The notes under the pieces were generated by a model. That model saw only the letters and a program-made list of their open reading frames with translations, did no database searches and was not told where the DNA came from. A DNA stretch of 64,000 nucleotides from Octopus sinensis (lineage: Eukaryota), in contig NC_042998.1 of NCBI RefSeq assembly GCF_006345805.1, positions 24,676,001 to 24,740,000 on the forward strand. Reading direction: 5' to 3'. Every line of letters begins with the position of its first letter. Position 1 is the stretch's first letter. Both the position numbers and the translations under genes were made by a program. Shown here in pieces: positions 1 to 13,409 of this stretch.

Positions 1-1039
1 ATGTCAAGTAAAACTAAAAGCTTGTAAACTTATTTCGAGTGATTTATTTCCTTAATACGGCTCATATTGCCACCAATGTTCTAAAGAAAACCCCTGCCAG
101 TGAAACGGGCCGTTTGCCAGACCTAATTTTCAGAGGTTTTAACTGGCCAACAAGGAAGAAACAAAGAAGATGTTGATACAATATTCTTTTATTTCTTCCA
201 GTAATCATGCTGACGGTCATTGGAAGAAATACATCCTAATGTCTAATTTTGAAAAGTTATAAAACTCATCACATGCGAGTTAAGGGGCCAATGTTTCTAA
301 AATTCCATCTTAAATTCATTTAGTTCCTATTTGATTAATTATTTCTCAAGTGATTCTCATTTCAAGTTATTCAATATCTCAGCTGTTTAAAGCCTGTTCT
401 CTTCCTGTAGTGTAAAGAAAAAGAGTATTTTATTTGAAATTGCTTCAGATATTCAGCACATTGAAACATGTAATTGATAATAGAATGAATATGAGAGAAA
501 ACTGAAAACTCCAGTGGGTTTAACCGGAGCACTTAATAAAGTGTACCCAATGAATATCGTTTAGGCTCTAAGTTGATAAGAAATGCACAAAAAAAAAAAA
601 TAAATAAAATGAAGCAAGTAGAATGCCCCCAATTTAAACACATTCATCAGCACATTAACCCTTTTGTGACCATATTTCTGATGAAATACACTATGTATGT
701 GTTTTAATTAACTTTGAAAATAATCAATAATTTAGAGGGATTAAGTAAAACAACAAAATTCATCATTATGTAATTATTGTTTAGAATTTAATGAAAGGTT
801 CTTTATCTGAAATCATAATAGAAGGTTTAAATTTGAATATAAATTAGAGATTTTGGATTGTAAAACAAAGAATACTTAATAACATGAGATTTTATATTGC
901 AGAACAAGGGGTAGACTAGGGATCAGGGTGATAGAATAATCGACATCAGGAATAGATTACAAATGTTTTGCTCTAACCACCCATGCAAGGTGAAATTTTT
1001 AAAAATATTCAAAAATTAGTTCCATGTAAAAAAAAAAAC

Positions 1040-1202
1040 CTGAGCTGGTGCCACATAAAAAGCACTCAATACACTCTGCAAAGATATTGGCACTAGGAAG
1101 GGCATCTAGATGTAGAAATCATGCCAAAACAGAGACATGGAACCTGATGTGCTTCCTAGACTTACCAGCTCCCATGAAACTGTCCAACCCATGCCAGCAT
1201 GA

Positions 1203-1298
<96 letters not shown>

Positions 1299-1390
1299 TC
1301 GATGATGATGATGATGATGATTATGATGATGATGATGATGATGATGATGATGTCGATGATGATGATGATGATGATGATTATGATGATGAT
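1040..1390 (+). mobile_element. RTE-type LINE 3' tail fragment with expanded (GAT)n tail
   Basis: Contains 'ggaagggcatc..tgtagaaa..ccaacccatgccagcatg', the same 3' end as the RTE copies at 10.2 kb and 56.3 kb, followed by about 190 bp of (GAT)n. Confidence 0.75.
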
Positions 1391-2339
1391 ACTGCTTGGA
1401 GATGAAATATCTAAAAAGAAATTAGTACTTGTGAGATGAGGATTTGTTTTATGCAACGTATAAAAAAAAAATTTTTTTTTTAAAAAGACTGTTCAGCTGT
1501 AAGATCCTCCCCAGATTCTAGTTTGTCCATTGACAAAGCAATATAAACTTCGCAAAACATTTAATGGTCGTGAACATAGCAAGTCAAATTTATTTTTTTT
1601 AAAACCAAAATTCTTTTTTATCATAAAAATTTTTAAATCAGCACTTTTCTATAGTTTAGAAAAAAACCTAAAAAGGAATTTCTTTTGGCTGTTTGCCAAT
1701 TCACTTGTTCACCTACATTTTTTGGTAAGGATTTAAACTTTTATTTTGAGCATAGAAACTAACAAAAGATTTATCGGATATATGATGATGTTACAAGCGT
1801 CTTGTTTAAATGGTTTTATTGATTGACATTAGCATTAATATATATGTTAAAAGAAAGAAGCAAATTTAGATATGTTTGTAATAGGAGATAACAGCTTGGA
1901 TAGAATAGTGATTTTGGTAATTATACAAGATAAACAGGACAAAGAAATTGTTTGAGATATTTGGGTTATCTGATATGAAAGAAACCAACTTAAGATATAA
2001 ATATTATCAGATCTAGAATAATTCCTACAAAGAAAATGGGCCAATAGGTTTCTATAAATATATATATATTAACAAACAAAAATATCTGATAATCATAGAA
2101 AATATGCTGAGAATAGTTTCAACATCTGTTTATCAATACTACAAAATTGCTTGGCTTTATCAATCAGTGTCTGTAGCTATTTCTTTAGTTAACACAATTC
2201 CTTGTACTTAACTCATTACTATCGTTGCTATCTAAATTCCTGTCAGTAGTTGACTCGGCTCATTTGTTTTCTAATTGGTCATCTTTAGCCTATCTCTATT
2301 TGTCAACTAAGACACATAAATTTTGTCAAGTTTATGCAT

Positions 2340-2742
2340 AGGCGCAGGAGTGGCTGTGTGGTAAGTAGCTTGCTAACCAACCACATGGTTCTGGGTTCAG
2401 TCCCACTGCGTGGCATCTTGGGCAAGTGTCTTCTGCTATAGCCCCGGGCCGACCAATGCCTTGTGAGTGAAACTGAAAGAAGCCTGTCGTATATATGTAT
2501 ATATATATATATATATGTATGTATGTGTGTGTTTGTGTTTCTGTGTTTGTCCCCCTAGCATTGCTTGACAACTGATGTTGGTGTGTTTACGTCCCCGTCA
2601 CTTAGCCGTTCAGCAAAAGAGACCGATAGAATAAGTACTTGGCTTACAAAGAATAAGTCCCAGGGTCGATTTGCTCGACTAAAAGCGGTGCTCCAGCATG
2701 GCCGCAGTCAAATGACTGAAACAAGTAAAAGAGTTAAAGAGT
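2340..2742 (+). mobile_element. tRNA-derived CORE-type SINE (octopus OR2-like), full length
   Basis: A-box 'tggctgtgtgg', B-box 'gggttcagtccc', CORE-like 'cttgggcaagtgtctt', internal (TA/TG)n, tail 'gcggtgctccagcatggccgcagtc..gaaacaagtaaaaga'. More than 10 copies in the window. Confidence 0.85.
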
Positions 2743-2881
2743 ATGTGTTGCGTGTGTATGCAAATATGATCTCTTATGTCAATATGATTTCTTTGTTTAT
2801 AGTTTCAATCAGTGGTAAAGCATTTTTTACAAGGGGTGGGTGGGTTGAAATATGTTGCAGTAACTGGGTTGTTAAAATATT

Positions 2882-3272
2882 TTTTTCTACTGTAGGCATA
2901 AGGCTCAAAATTTTTGGGGAGGGGGCCAGTCGATTAGATCAACCCCAGTATGCAACTGGTAATTAATTTATCAACCCTGAAAGGATGAAAGGCAAAGTCA
3001 ACCTCGGCAGAATTTGAACACAGTACATAAGGACAGGTGAAATACCTATTTCTTTACTACCCACAAGGGGCTAAACACAGAGAGGACAAACATGGACAGA
3101 CAAATGGATTAAGTCGATTATATCGACCCCATTGCGTAACTGGTACTTATTTAATCGACCCTGAAAGGAGGAAAGGCAAAGTCGACCTCGATGGAATTTG
3201 AACTCAGAACATAACAGCAGATGAAATACTGCTAACCATTTCACCCGGCGTGCTAACGATTCTGCCAGCTGC
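2882..3272 (-). mobile_element. tRNA-derived Meta-domain SINE, dimeric
   Basis: Reverse complement of 'gctggcagaatcgttagc..gagttcaaattcc..gtcgactttgcctttc(a)tcctttc..gtcgattaaataagtaccag', the Meta/MESC-like core. Confidence 0.85.
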
Positions 3273-3436
3273 CCCCGTCCCCCAGTCTGTGCCGACTTTT
3301 ATAAATCTTGTGTTCATCCCATCTGGCCCTGAACAATGAAAATCAGATTGAACGATAACTCACATTTGACATTTTTATATCATGTACAAAGTTCATTACA
3401 GTCGCTTAAAATAGTGGTTTTTGTCTTAAATTGCAG

Positions 3437-3508
3437 ATTATGGACAGTTTGCAATGATGTCATTAAGAGTTTCTTGCTTCAGACTAATTAATGCATATGA
3501 TGTGTTGG
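3437..3508 (+). CDS. Putative internal exon 1 of unidentified host gene (xYGQFAMMSLRVSCFRLINAYDVL)
   Basis: Acceptor 'ttgtcttaaattgcag|' and donor 'GG|gtattt'. 72 nt, only one frame open, phase 1-1, joins in frame to the exon at 16349. Confidence 0.5.
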
Positions 3509-3854
3509 GTATTTAATCTAAATGGTAATAGTTGAGCACTAAGATATCTAATCAACTACTAATTAGAGCAGTCTAGAACTTCATCAAACCATACTAAGCA
3601 TTATACGCACCAATTTCATACAAAAAGAATTAACTGGCCAACTGTAAGGGACAAGATTCACAGCCACATATCTATCATACTCCGAGGGGTTGCATTATTG
3701 ATTAAATTACAAAGTGTCTGCTGTTCTTCATTCTTCTCAAATGAAATAATATAAATTGTTTTTCTTAATTTAATTGTACTGTTTTGTCTCACCGAGTTAA
3801 TTCATCATTCCTTTAGTGTCTGCAGGATAAGTTTTTCTAACCAAATGTCATCAT

Positions 3855-4650
3855 AGGTGCAGGAGTGGCTGTGTGGTAACTAGCTTGCTTACCAGCCACA
3901 TGCTTCCAGGTTCATTCCCACTGCGTGGCACCTTGAGCAAGTGTCTTCTACTATAGCCTCAGCCGACCAAAGCCTTGTGAGTGGATTTGGTAGAGGGAAA
4001 CTGAAAGAATCCCATCGTACATATGTATATAGATATATATATGTATGTATGTCTGTGTTTGTCCCCCCAACATAGCTTCACAACCGATGCTGGTGTGTTT
4101 ACATCCCTGTAACTTAGTGGTTTGGCAAAAGAGACAGATAGAATAAGTACTAGGCTTACAAAGAATAAGTCCTGGGGTCGATTTGCTTGACTAAATGCGG
4201 TGCTCCAGCATGGCCAGAGTCAAATGACTGAAAGTGAAAGAGTAAAAGAGTAAAGAGTATAGCTGCAGGTTTGGCAGTGTGGTAAGAAGTTTGCTTTCCA
4301 ATTCCATGGTTCTGGGTTCAGTTCCACTGTGTGACACCTTGGGCAAGTGTCTTCTACTACAGTCTTGGGCCTACCAAAGCCTTGTGAGTTGATTTGGTTG
4401 AAAGAAATGAAAAGAAGGCCATTGTGTTTGTGTGTGTGTGTGTGTGTGTGTTTGTTTCCCATCACTACCACCACCACCTGACCACTGGTGATGGTGTGTT
4501 TACATCCCTGTAACTTAGTGGTTTGGCAAAAGAGACTGATAGAAAAAATACCAGGTTTAAAAAAATTAATAAGTACTGGTGTTGAATTGTTCAGCTAAAT
4601 TTCTTCAAGGCAGTGCCCCAGCATGGCCACAGTTCAATGACTGAAACCAT
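3855..4650 (+). mobile_element. Two tandem CORE-type SINEs
   Basis: Two head-to-tail copies (about 3855-4258 and 4260-4650) of the family at 2340. Confidence 0.85.
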
Positions 4651-4770
4651 TTAAAAAACAAAATATAGCAATGTGTTCTACATTGGATTAATGTTTACAG
4701 TAAAGAATAACTACACAAATCAAATTATAAATTAAACACTAAGTGATTAATTAATATTTTAACAACCCAT

Positions 4771-5201
4771 AGGTGGCGATCTGGCAGAAACATTAGCACG
4801 CTGGGCGAAATGCTCAGTGGTATTTCGTCTGCCATTATATTCTGAGTTCAAATTCCGCCAAGGTCGACTTTGCCTTTCATCCTATCGGAGTCAATAAATT
4901 AAGTACCAGTTATGCACTGGGGCTGATGTAATCGACTTAATCCGTTTGTCTGTCCTTGTTTGTCCCCTCAATATTTAGCTCCTCGTGGGCAATAAAGAAA
5001 TAAGAAACATTAGCATGTCAGGCAAAATGCTTCGTGGTATTTCGTCTGTCTTTATGTTCTGAGTTCAAATTCTGCCATGGTTGACTTTGCCTTTCATCCT
5101 TTCAGGGTTGATAAATTAATTTCCAGTTGCATACTGGGGTTGAACTAATCAACTGGCCCCCTCCCCAAAAATTTCCGGCCTTGTGCCTAGAGTAGAAAAA
5201 A
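4771..5201 (+). mobile_element. Meta-domain SINE dimer with TSD
   Basis: Meta core present twice; 'attttaacaaccca' occurs on both sides (about 4756-4769 and 5203-5216). Confidence 0.85.
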
Positions 5202-5446
5202 GATTTTAACAACCCAGTTACTGCAATATATTTCAACCCACCCACCCCTTTTAAAAAATGCTTTACCACAGATTGAAACTATAGAGGAAGAAATCATATT
5301 GACACATATGAGACATGCAGTTGCTTCACATTTATTGAAAATGCTTGGACTAGAAGGATTTCAAATTTTGAATTTTATTGATTGCAGAATGTTTGTTTGT
5401 ATATTTGTATCTATAAAATGGAATATATTGGGCTTGGGGCCCAAGT

Positions 5447-6198
5447 TTGACACTTTTAGCATATAAACCGGCCATATTCAACTGAAGTACTCAATCCATT
5501 TTACATCCAAAATGGTCAGATTTCACTCTCAGACTTATTCTACAATGTTACACTGAAAATAAACAACCACATCATCAAAATTTCAAAGCTATGAGATAAT
5601 TCATGATTAACCCATTAACTGCCAAATTTTTTTATTCATATTTTTTGGCTTTGCCCGGTGTCTTAGGAGTTAAATTAATATATAGTATTTAAATTTTCTT
5701 CATATGTGAATTATTTTGGAAATTATAATAAATTTTTTGAAAAGTCCCAAATGGGGATTGTTGAAAAAAAGCATATTTAACCTTTTCTATTCAATTGCAG
5801 TAATAAACATTTTAGCTTTTTTGAAACTATATTATCAAATACGAATTTAGATGAAATATCAATGAATGATATACATGGGAAATGCGAAAAAGGGAAAAAA
5901 AAGTTTTCAAAACAGTCAATATTTTTGTAGTTCGAAAATTGCAATTTATGACACAAAATGTCCTCTAGAATTAGCCAGAGCTAATAATGACAAACTTTAA
6001 CTACGAAATATTGTTAAACCCACCTCTGCAAATGCCATGTATATCAACAATTCACTTTAAATACAACAAACAACTGGCAGTCTGACTGTTTTTAGCAGAT
6101 CCCCAAATGGGGCTCATGGCAGGCAATGAGTTAATTCAAAGTGATATGATTAAATAAGCATTACATTTGACAGAGTAAGCTGGATGCTACAGGATTAA
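5447..6198. mobile_element. piggyBac-type MITE interrupted at TTAA by a second TTAA-flanked element (5607-6134)
   Basis: Inner element reads ttaa-cccattaactgcca ... tggcaggcaatgag-ttaa, with 'cccaaatgggg' repeated internally. The outer element continues on both sides and resembles the inverted copy at 6790-7763. Confidence 0.65.
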
Positions 6199-6249
6199 AC
6201 ATATTATCTATTTACATTTCCTAATGCAACTTATTTATATATCTCTATC

Positions 6250-6628
6250 TCTATATATATAAAGCTGAAGTTGTCTGTGTGTGGCAGGTTTGGTAGCCTT
6301 CAATTAACACTATCTCCTCCGAGACCCTGTGGCGCAAGTTCACCAAAATTGAGAGTATGGTAGAAGAAGGCTTGCTCTTTCTTTCGTAGAAGAAAAAGTT
6401 CAAATTGGACCAATGTAACACCAAAAGTTATTTACATCAAAAAGGTGCTTTTTTTCTATGAAAAATCCCTATTTTTTACGATTTTTTGACTGCTGTGTCG
6501 CCATTTTTCGGTGTATTTCAACCAGAAAAATGTTCACTTAAAGAGAATAACAAGCTACATAATGCAAAATATTTACTTTTCAAAAATTCCAATTCTAAAG
6601 CCCAAGCAACGCCAGGCGATACTGCTAG
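6250..6628 (+). mobile_element. Non-autonomous Helitron-like element
   Basis: 5' end TCTATATATATAAAG; 3' GC-rich hairpin 'gcccaagcaacgccaggc' followed by CTAG|T. Confidence 0.65.
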
Positions 6629-6789
6629 TCATGAAGATAATTCTACATAAATTTGGTGCTGGTCAAATGTTACATGTGACATCTCAGTTTCCCTTATCAC
6701 TGAAACAATTCCACTAATTGCATTTTCAGTGCATATTGTCCAACACACAAAGCAGTAACATGTCATGTGAACATTTTTACAGTTTTGTT

Positions 6790-7111
6790 TTAATCTTTTA
6801 ACTCTTTATCATTCACATTATTCTGTTAGGCAAAATGCTAATTTATTCAAATTGGTTTGAATTAATTATGCATTATCTAATTATTTATTATCTGTTAATT
6901 ATGCTAATTTATTCAAATTGGTTTGAATTAATTATACATAGGCGTATGAGTAGCTGTGTGGTAAGTACCTTGCTTACCAACCACATGGTTCTGGGTTCGG
7001 TCCCACTGCATGGCACCTTGGGCAAGAGTCTTCTACTAGAGCCTTGGGCCGACCAAAGCCTTGTGAGGGGATTTGGTAGACGGAAACTGAAAGAAGCTCA
7101 TCGTATATATG

Positions 7112-7152
<41 letters not shown>

Positions 7153-7763
7153 TGTGTGTGTATGCTTGTGTGTCTGTGTTTGCCTATCCCCGCAACATTG
7201 CTTGACAGCTGATGCTGGTGTGTTTGCGTCCCCATAACTTAGCAGTTTGGCAAAAAAAGAGACTGATAGAATAAGTACTAGGCTTACAAAGAATAAGTCC
7301 TGGGGTCGATTTGCTCGACTAAAGGCGATGCTCCAGCATGGCCACAGTCAAATGGCTGAAACAAGTAAAAGAGTATAAGAGTATATATATGTGTGTGTGT
7401 GCATGTTTGTGTATCTGTGTTTGTTCCCCCCTCCCCATCATCACTTGACAACCGATGTGGTGTGTTTACATCCCCGTAACTTAGCAGTTCAGCAAAACGA
7501 GACCGATAGAATAAGTACTAAGCTTGCAAAGAATAAGTCCTGGGGTCGATTTGTTTGACTAAAAGCAGTGCTCCAGCATGGCCACACTCACATGACTGAA
7601 ACAAGTAAAAGAGTAAAAGAGTATCCCATTGCTTCTAGATTTCAATGATGTGATAATATATTTTTAGAATGACATTGTATGTTGCACGTGAGAGGTCAAA
7701 TCTGGTCAGTTAGAACATAAAACATGTAGAATATTTGGGGCCTGGTAAATACTAAAGGGTTAA
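6790..7763 (-). mobile_element. piggyBac-type MITE split by a CORE-type SINE (6940-7622, +) whose 3' half is duplicated
   Basis: Ends in 'taaagggttaa' and is inversely similar to 5447-6198. The SINE tail module occurs twice. Confidence 0.7.
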
Positions 7764-7860
7764 ACCCATGATTACATTTTTGTGGGCATGATTTCATATG
7801 GCTATATAGTGAAAAATTCTAAAGCAGACAGCTATATGGGTCTGTGCTTACAGCTCCTTA

Positions 7861-8118
7861 AAAAAAAATAAATGCGCCCTTTTAAAGCCTAGCCAGGCTC
7901 ATGGACCTGGTTTCCTGGTTTCAATGGCATATGTGTTCCCCAGTTGTATGGGATGCTAGTCCATCACAGCGTTACTCATTGTTGCCAGCTGAGTAGACTT
8001 GAGCAATGTAAAATGAAGTGTTTTGCTTAAGAAAACAATGCGTTGCCCGATCCAGGAATCGAAACCACAATCTTACGATCATGATGCTGACACCCTAACC
8101 ACTAAGCCACGCGCCTCC
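7861..8118 (-). mobile_element. tRNA-derived SINE with 17-18 bp TSD
   Basis: Minus-strand head 'ggaggcgcgtggcttagtggttagg..ggtttcgattcc' with a T-rich tail; 'gtgcttacagctcctta' is present at 7844 and 8119. Confidence 0.85.
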
Positions 8119-8929
8119 GTGCTTACAGCTCCTTAATTAGCAAAAACGTTGCTATTTTCAGCTGTAAACCCCAAACCATTTAGTCATCTGTGTTTGCATC
8201 TTTCAACGGTTTACTCAAACAAAATCCCACCTGCTAAAGCATATTTGTATGTTCAAAGTGTTAAGCTTCATTTAAAGACATTTCTATTTGTGGTTCTTCT
8301 CTCACACCATAATATTACAGAGTTTTGAAGCTTTAGCATATTGGAATTTCAGCCGAAAGATTTTCAACTGTATATGTTAATATTCAATAATAATGAGGAA
8401 TGGCAGAGCATTTTAGGGAATACTTTTAGTATTTAGCTTCATCTTTCTATATTACGACTGGAATCCTAACGGAACTGAATTTACTTTTCAATCCTCTTGA
8501 GTTAATGGAAAAAAAGAGAAGTCACCTAAGGCCTATTCAATGGTGTATACCTTTTTGCCTCAAACGTTTAACCAATGCAAGAAATCAATATTCAATAAGA
8601 AGAGAAGGAGAAGTTCTGTCATTATTGGTAGCTGAGAAGAAAGTAATAAAGTAGAAAGTTTCAAGATAGCATCTTAAAAATAGAGTCATGTCTCTCTGGA
8701 ATCATGATTTAAAGGAGAGAAAAAAAAATTCAGACATAAAGTTAGATTATTATTTAGATTATTCACACACCTTTTGGAAAATTAATATGAAAATGTGAAT
8801 ATATATATATGTGGGTGTGTGTGTATAAACACATGAGTGCATAAGCATTTATTATACATACATATATTATATATTTATTATACAAGAACACATATATAAG
8901 CACACAAGCACACACTGAAGCATGAATAA

Positions 8930-9120
8930 GTACATTATATATATATATATATATACACATACATATAAATATATATATATATATTTACATACATATATAT
9001 ATATATATATATACATACATATATACATATACATATATATATATATATACATACATATACATACATATATATATATATATTTACATACATATATACATAT
9101 ACAAGGAGCAGGCAACAACC

Positions 9121-9153
<33 letters not shown>

Positions 9154-9240
9154 CATACACACACACATGTATGTATATATGTGTGTATATGTACATTCAT
9201 ATGTATACCTACCTACCTACCTACCCACATACATTCATAT
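8930..9240. repeat. (TA)n/(TACA)n microsatellite block
   Basis: Direct observation; it generates the YI-rich ORFs. Confidence 0.95.
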
Positions 9241-9899
9241 GCATATGTTCATGGTCATGAGTACTTTTATGTGTGTGTTTATGTATTTGTATAAAGTCAT
9301 TTTTAGTTGTCATATATATGCTTGAGTTACAGTTACAACTGTTTTTGTTTTGTGTCTTTTTCCTATTTCAAGCAGAACATTTTCAAGAAATTCATTTTGC
9401 TTCCGTATATGCATAATACTCTCCAATATCCGGGTTATTTCTTTTCTTTTTATTTCTAATTTGCTATTTTAAATACAAACATATAAAATATATTCAAATA
9501 AGAAACTGGAAATATTTCAGCGATGTTTTTTTGTGTTTTTCAGACTTGTTGAAATTAAATTAGTAAACGTAATAAATAAATTATTTCAGTACATCTCTAG
9601 ATCATGATTCAAATTTGTCACAATAACTTGTTTCTTGTAGGTATCTTACACTTGTCAACTTGCAAATAAAAATAATGAAATAAAATTGCTTTTTAAACAA
9701 AACTTTCAGAAAGACTTTTTTTTAAATATGATGAAAAATCAGCACATTAATAATTTTTCCTCAAAATAGTGAAATAATAATCTGAATGCAATTAGAATTG
9801 TAAATGGTAAAGAGATACAAGTTGAATAGTGATTTGTAATGTATTTCGAAATGAAAGGGAAAATATAATTTTACCATGAAACACACGCACATGCACCTT

Positions 9900-10165
9900 C
9901 GTTTTGGGACCACCACCACTTTATTATCTCCCCTTCTTCCTAGCTCTCCTGTTTGACCCCTCTGTCTAGCATTTGCCATGATAGGTCGCTAGCCACTACA
10001 CATTTTTTATTTTCTCTCCGTGCTTCTTTCCGTGTTCCTTTCTGTGGAAGAGTGTAGGCTTGAAACATTAAAGACGTTTTCACTTTCTGACAGTTAAACT
10101 AATACATCTGTTTGTTGTCTACACCACCTGTCTTCATCATTTTTTTTTTGTGAATTCACCCATAT
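9900..10165 (+). mobile_element. PLE-type non-coding repeat with degenerate hammerhead-like motif (10037-10075)
   Basis: Motif ccttt-ctgtgga-a-gagt-gtag-gctt-gaaa-catt-aaaga. Homologous to 34460-34590, 46020-46080 and 53440-53630. Confidence 0.6.
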
Positions 10166-10183
10166 ATATATATATGTATATAT

Positions 10184-11901
10184 ATCATCATCATCATCAT
10201 CATCGTCGTTTAACGTCCGTTCTCCATGCTAGCATGGGTTGGACGGTTCGACCGGGGTTCTGGGAAGCCAGAAGGCTGCACCAGGCTCCAGTCTAATTTG
10301 GCAATGTTTCTACAGCTGGATGCCCTTCCTAACGCCAACCACTCCGTGAGTGTAGTGGGTGCTTTTTACGTGCCACTGCACAGGTGCCAGGCGGGGCTGG
10401 CAACGGCCACGGTCAGATTGGTGTATTTTATGTGCCACCGGCACGGAAGCCAGTCGAGGCGGTGCTGGCATCGGCCACGAGTCGGATAGTGCTTTTAACG
10501 TACCACCAGACCAGGGATCCTGGCTGGTTCAGTTCGATTTCGATTTCGCTTGCCCCAACATGTCTTCACAAGCAAAGGGGTTGGCAAGGGTGCCTGTCGT
10601 ACGGTCGCATTGGAGTATTTTACGTGCCACGGCCACGAGTCGGATAGTGCTTTACGTACCACCAGACCAGGGATCCTGGCTGGTTCAATTCGATTTCGAT
10701 TTCGCTTGCCCCAACATGTCTTCACAAGCAAAGGGGGTTGGCATGGGTGCCTGTCGTACGGTCGCATTGGAGTATTTTACGTGCCACGGCCCCGAGTCGG
10801 ATAGTGCTTTTTACGTACCACCAGGCCAGGGATCCTGGCTGGTTCAATTCGGTTTCGATTTCGCTTGCCCCAACATGTCTTCGCAGGCATGGGGGGTTGG
10901 GATGGGTGTCTGTCGTCGGATGAGGTTCTATATCGACTTCGCTTGCCTCAACCGGTCTTTGTGTCCAAGGGAGGAAAGGCATTCATAAGTGGGCTGGGCT
11001 CACTTGTCCTGCCTCTCACGTACAGAATATTTCCAAAGGTCTCGGTCTCTGGTCATTTCCTCAGTGAGGCCTAAGGTTCGAAGGTCGTGCTTCACCACCT
11101 CGTCCCAGGTTTTCCTGGGTCTACCTCTTCCACGGGTTCCCTCAACTGCTAGGGATTGGCACTTTCTCACACACTATCTTCATCCATTCTCGCCACATGA
11201 CCATACCAGCGCAATCGTCTCTCTTGCACACCACAACTGATGCTTCTTAGGTACAACATTTCTCTCAAGGTGCTAACGCTCTGTCGAGTATGTACACTGA
11301 CATTACACATCCATCGGAGCATACTGGCTTCATTCCTCACGAGCTTACGCATGTCCTCAGCAGTCACAGCCCATGTTTCGCTGCCATGTAGCATGGCTGT
11401 TCGTACACACGCATCATACAGTCTGCCTTTTACTCTGAGCGAGAGGCTTTAGTCACCAGCAGAGGTAAGAGCTCCCTAAACTTTGCCCAGGCTATTCTTA
11501 TTCTAGCAGTTACACTTTCAGCGCACCCACCCCCACTACTGACTTGGTCACCTAGATAACGGAAGCTATCAACTACTTCTAGTTTTTCCCCCTGGAAAGT
11601 GACGGAAGTTGTTTTCTGCAGATTTTCGGAGGTTAATGCTCCCGAGCATCTGCCACATACAAAAACTATCTTCCAGTTAGCCTACCTTTGACATTGCTGC
11701 ACCTCTTATGTGTCCATAGCTTACACTGGGTACATCTTATAGAGTTTCTACCTACACCTTTTCTACAGATCGAGCAGGGCCATCTTCCTGAAGATATTTG
11801 TGGATTGTCTACCTTTCTACTTATTAGTACTTTGGTTTTAGCTAGGTTGACTCTAAGGCCCCTTGATTCTAAACCCTCCTTCCACACCTGGAACTTCTCC
11901 T
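10184..11901 (-). mobile_element. 5'-truncated RTE-clade LINE, disrupted
   Basis: ORF pieces GLRVNLAKTKVL, Cys/His finger CSICRKGVG..CTQCKLWTHKRC, LHGSETW, RRLRWYGHVARM and GRPRKTWDEVVKHDL. 3' UTR has about 156-bp tandem units and a (GAT)n tail. Confidence 0.9.
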
Positions 11902-12334
11902 CATATATATATATATATATAGGTTAGATAGGATGATGTCTATATTATGAAAACGAATAAAATGTTGTGCATGTATAGTAATATTACGATTGTGAAATTG
12001 GCATTAGCTTACCTCACTCTTTCTTGCGGAACCCCTAGGAAACTTTTGCAGCACCATATGGTTCCTGGGAACCCTGGCTGAGAAATGCTGTTCTATAGAT
12101 TGCACTGGTTGCTTTTTGTTATGGCAGGGGCATTGGTGAGATCGTCAAGCAACTTGTGAGACAAAATAAAAATTCCTTTGACTGGAGCCTCAGTCTGCTA
12201 GAAATAGCAGCCTAATCACATTCTAATTAAACCCTACAATCTTTAAGAAAAAAAAAATGACATAATAAATACTTTCTTTCCTAACTGACTTGGGACTAAA
12301 AAGCAACAATGGCAACAACAGCAACAGCAGTGTA

Positions 12335-12610
12335 AAGAAGAAGAAGAAGAAGAAGAGAAGAAGGAGGAGGAGGAGGAGGAGGAGGAGAAGAAGAAGAAGA
12401 AGAAGAAGAAGAAGAAGAAGGAGGAGGAGAAGAAGAAGAAAAGAAGAAGAAGAAGAAGAAGAGGAGGAGGAGGAGGAGGAGAAGAAGAAAAGAAGAAGAA
12501 GAAGAAGAAGAAGGAAGAGGAGGAGGAGGAGAAGAAGAAAAAGAAGAAGAAGAAGAAGAAGAAAAAGGAGAAGAAGAAGAAGAAGAAAAAGAAGAAGAAG
12601 AAGAAGAAGT
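12335..12610. repeat. (GAA)n/(GGA)n purine tract
   Basis: Direct observation. Confidence 0.95.
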
Positions 12611-12921
12611 ACTCAGTACTAGAGATGAGAAGGAGGAGAGGGGGAAGGAGGAGCAGATTAGCAGCAGCCTTATAAATATGTCTCTGACTTTGTAAATGAA
12701 TTTCAAAGCAATCACAACTCAAAGCAAATTTTCCTTTCCTTTCTCACTCTTCTATTTCTGCCCCTTTATCTTCTTTGTTGATTGTTTTCTAATTTCCTCT
12801 TTTTAAAATTTGTTAGGAATCTTTTCTCAAACTAATTACTTTATAAAGAACTTGAATAACTTCTATACTATAATCTATCATTTAATGAAGTGTTTATAGC
12901 TATTTCTATGTCTGTGATATA

Positions 12922-13134
12922 CTCTTCTATTCTTTTACTTGTTTCAGTCATTTGACTGCGGCCATGCTGGAGCACCGCTTTTAGTCGAGCAAATCGACCC
13001 CGGGACTTATTCTTTGTAAGCCCAGTACTTATTCTATCGGTCTCTTTTGCCGAACCGCTAAGTGACAGGGACGTAAACACACCAGCATCGGTTGTCAAGC
13101 AATGCTAGGGGGACAAACACAGACACACAAACAT

Positions 13135-13167
<33 letters not shown>

Positions 13168-13340
13168 CATATATACGACAGGCTTCTTTCAGTTTCCGTC
13201 TACCAAATCCACTCACAAGGCATTGGTCGGCCCGGGGCTATAGCAGAAGACACTTGCCCAAGATGTCACGCAGTGGGACTGAACCCGGAACCATGTGGTT
13301 GGTAAGCAAGCTACTTACCACACAGCCACTCCTGCGCCTA
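12922..13340 (-). mobile_element. CORE-type SINE
   Basis: Full-length reverse copy of the 2340 family. Confidence 0.85.
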
Positions 13341-13409
13341 TATATGAATAATATATATGCATCTATATATGTATATGTACACACATACACTCATATATAT
13401 GCATATATG

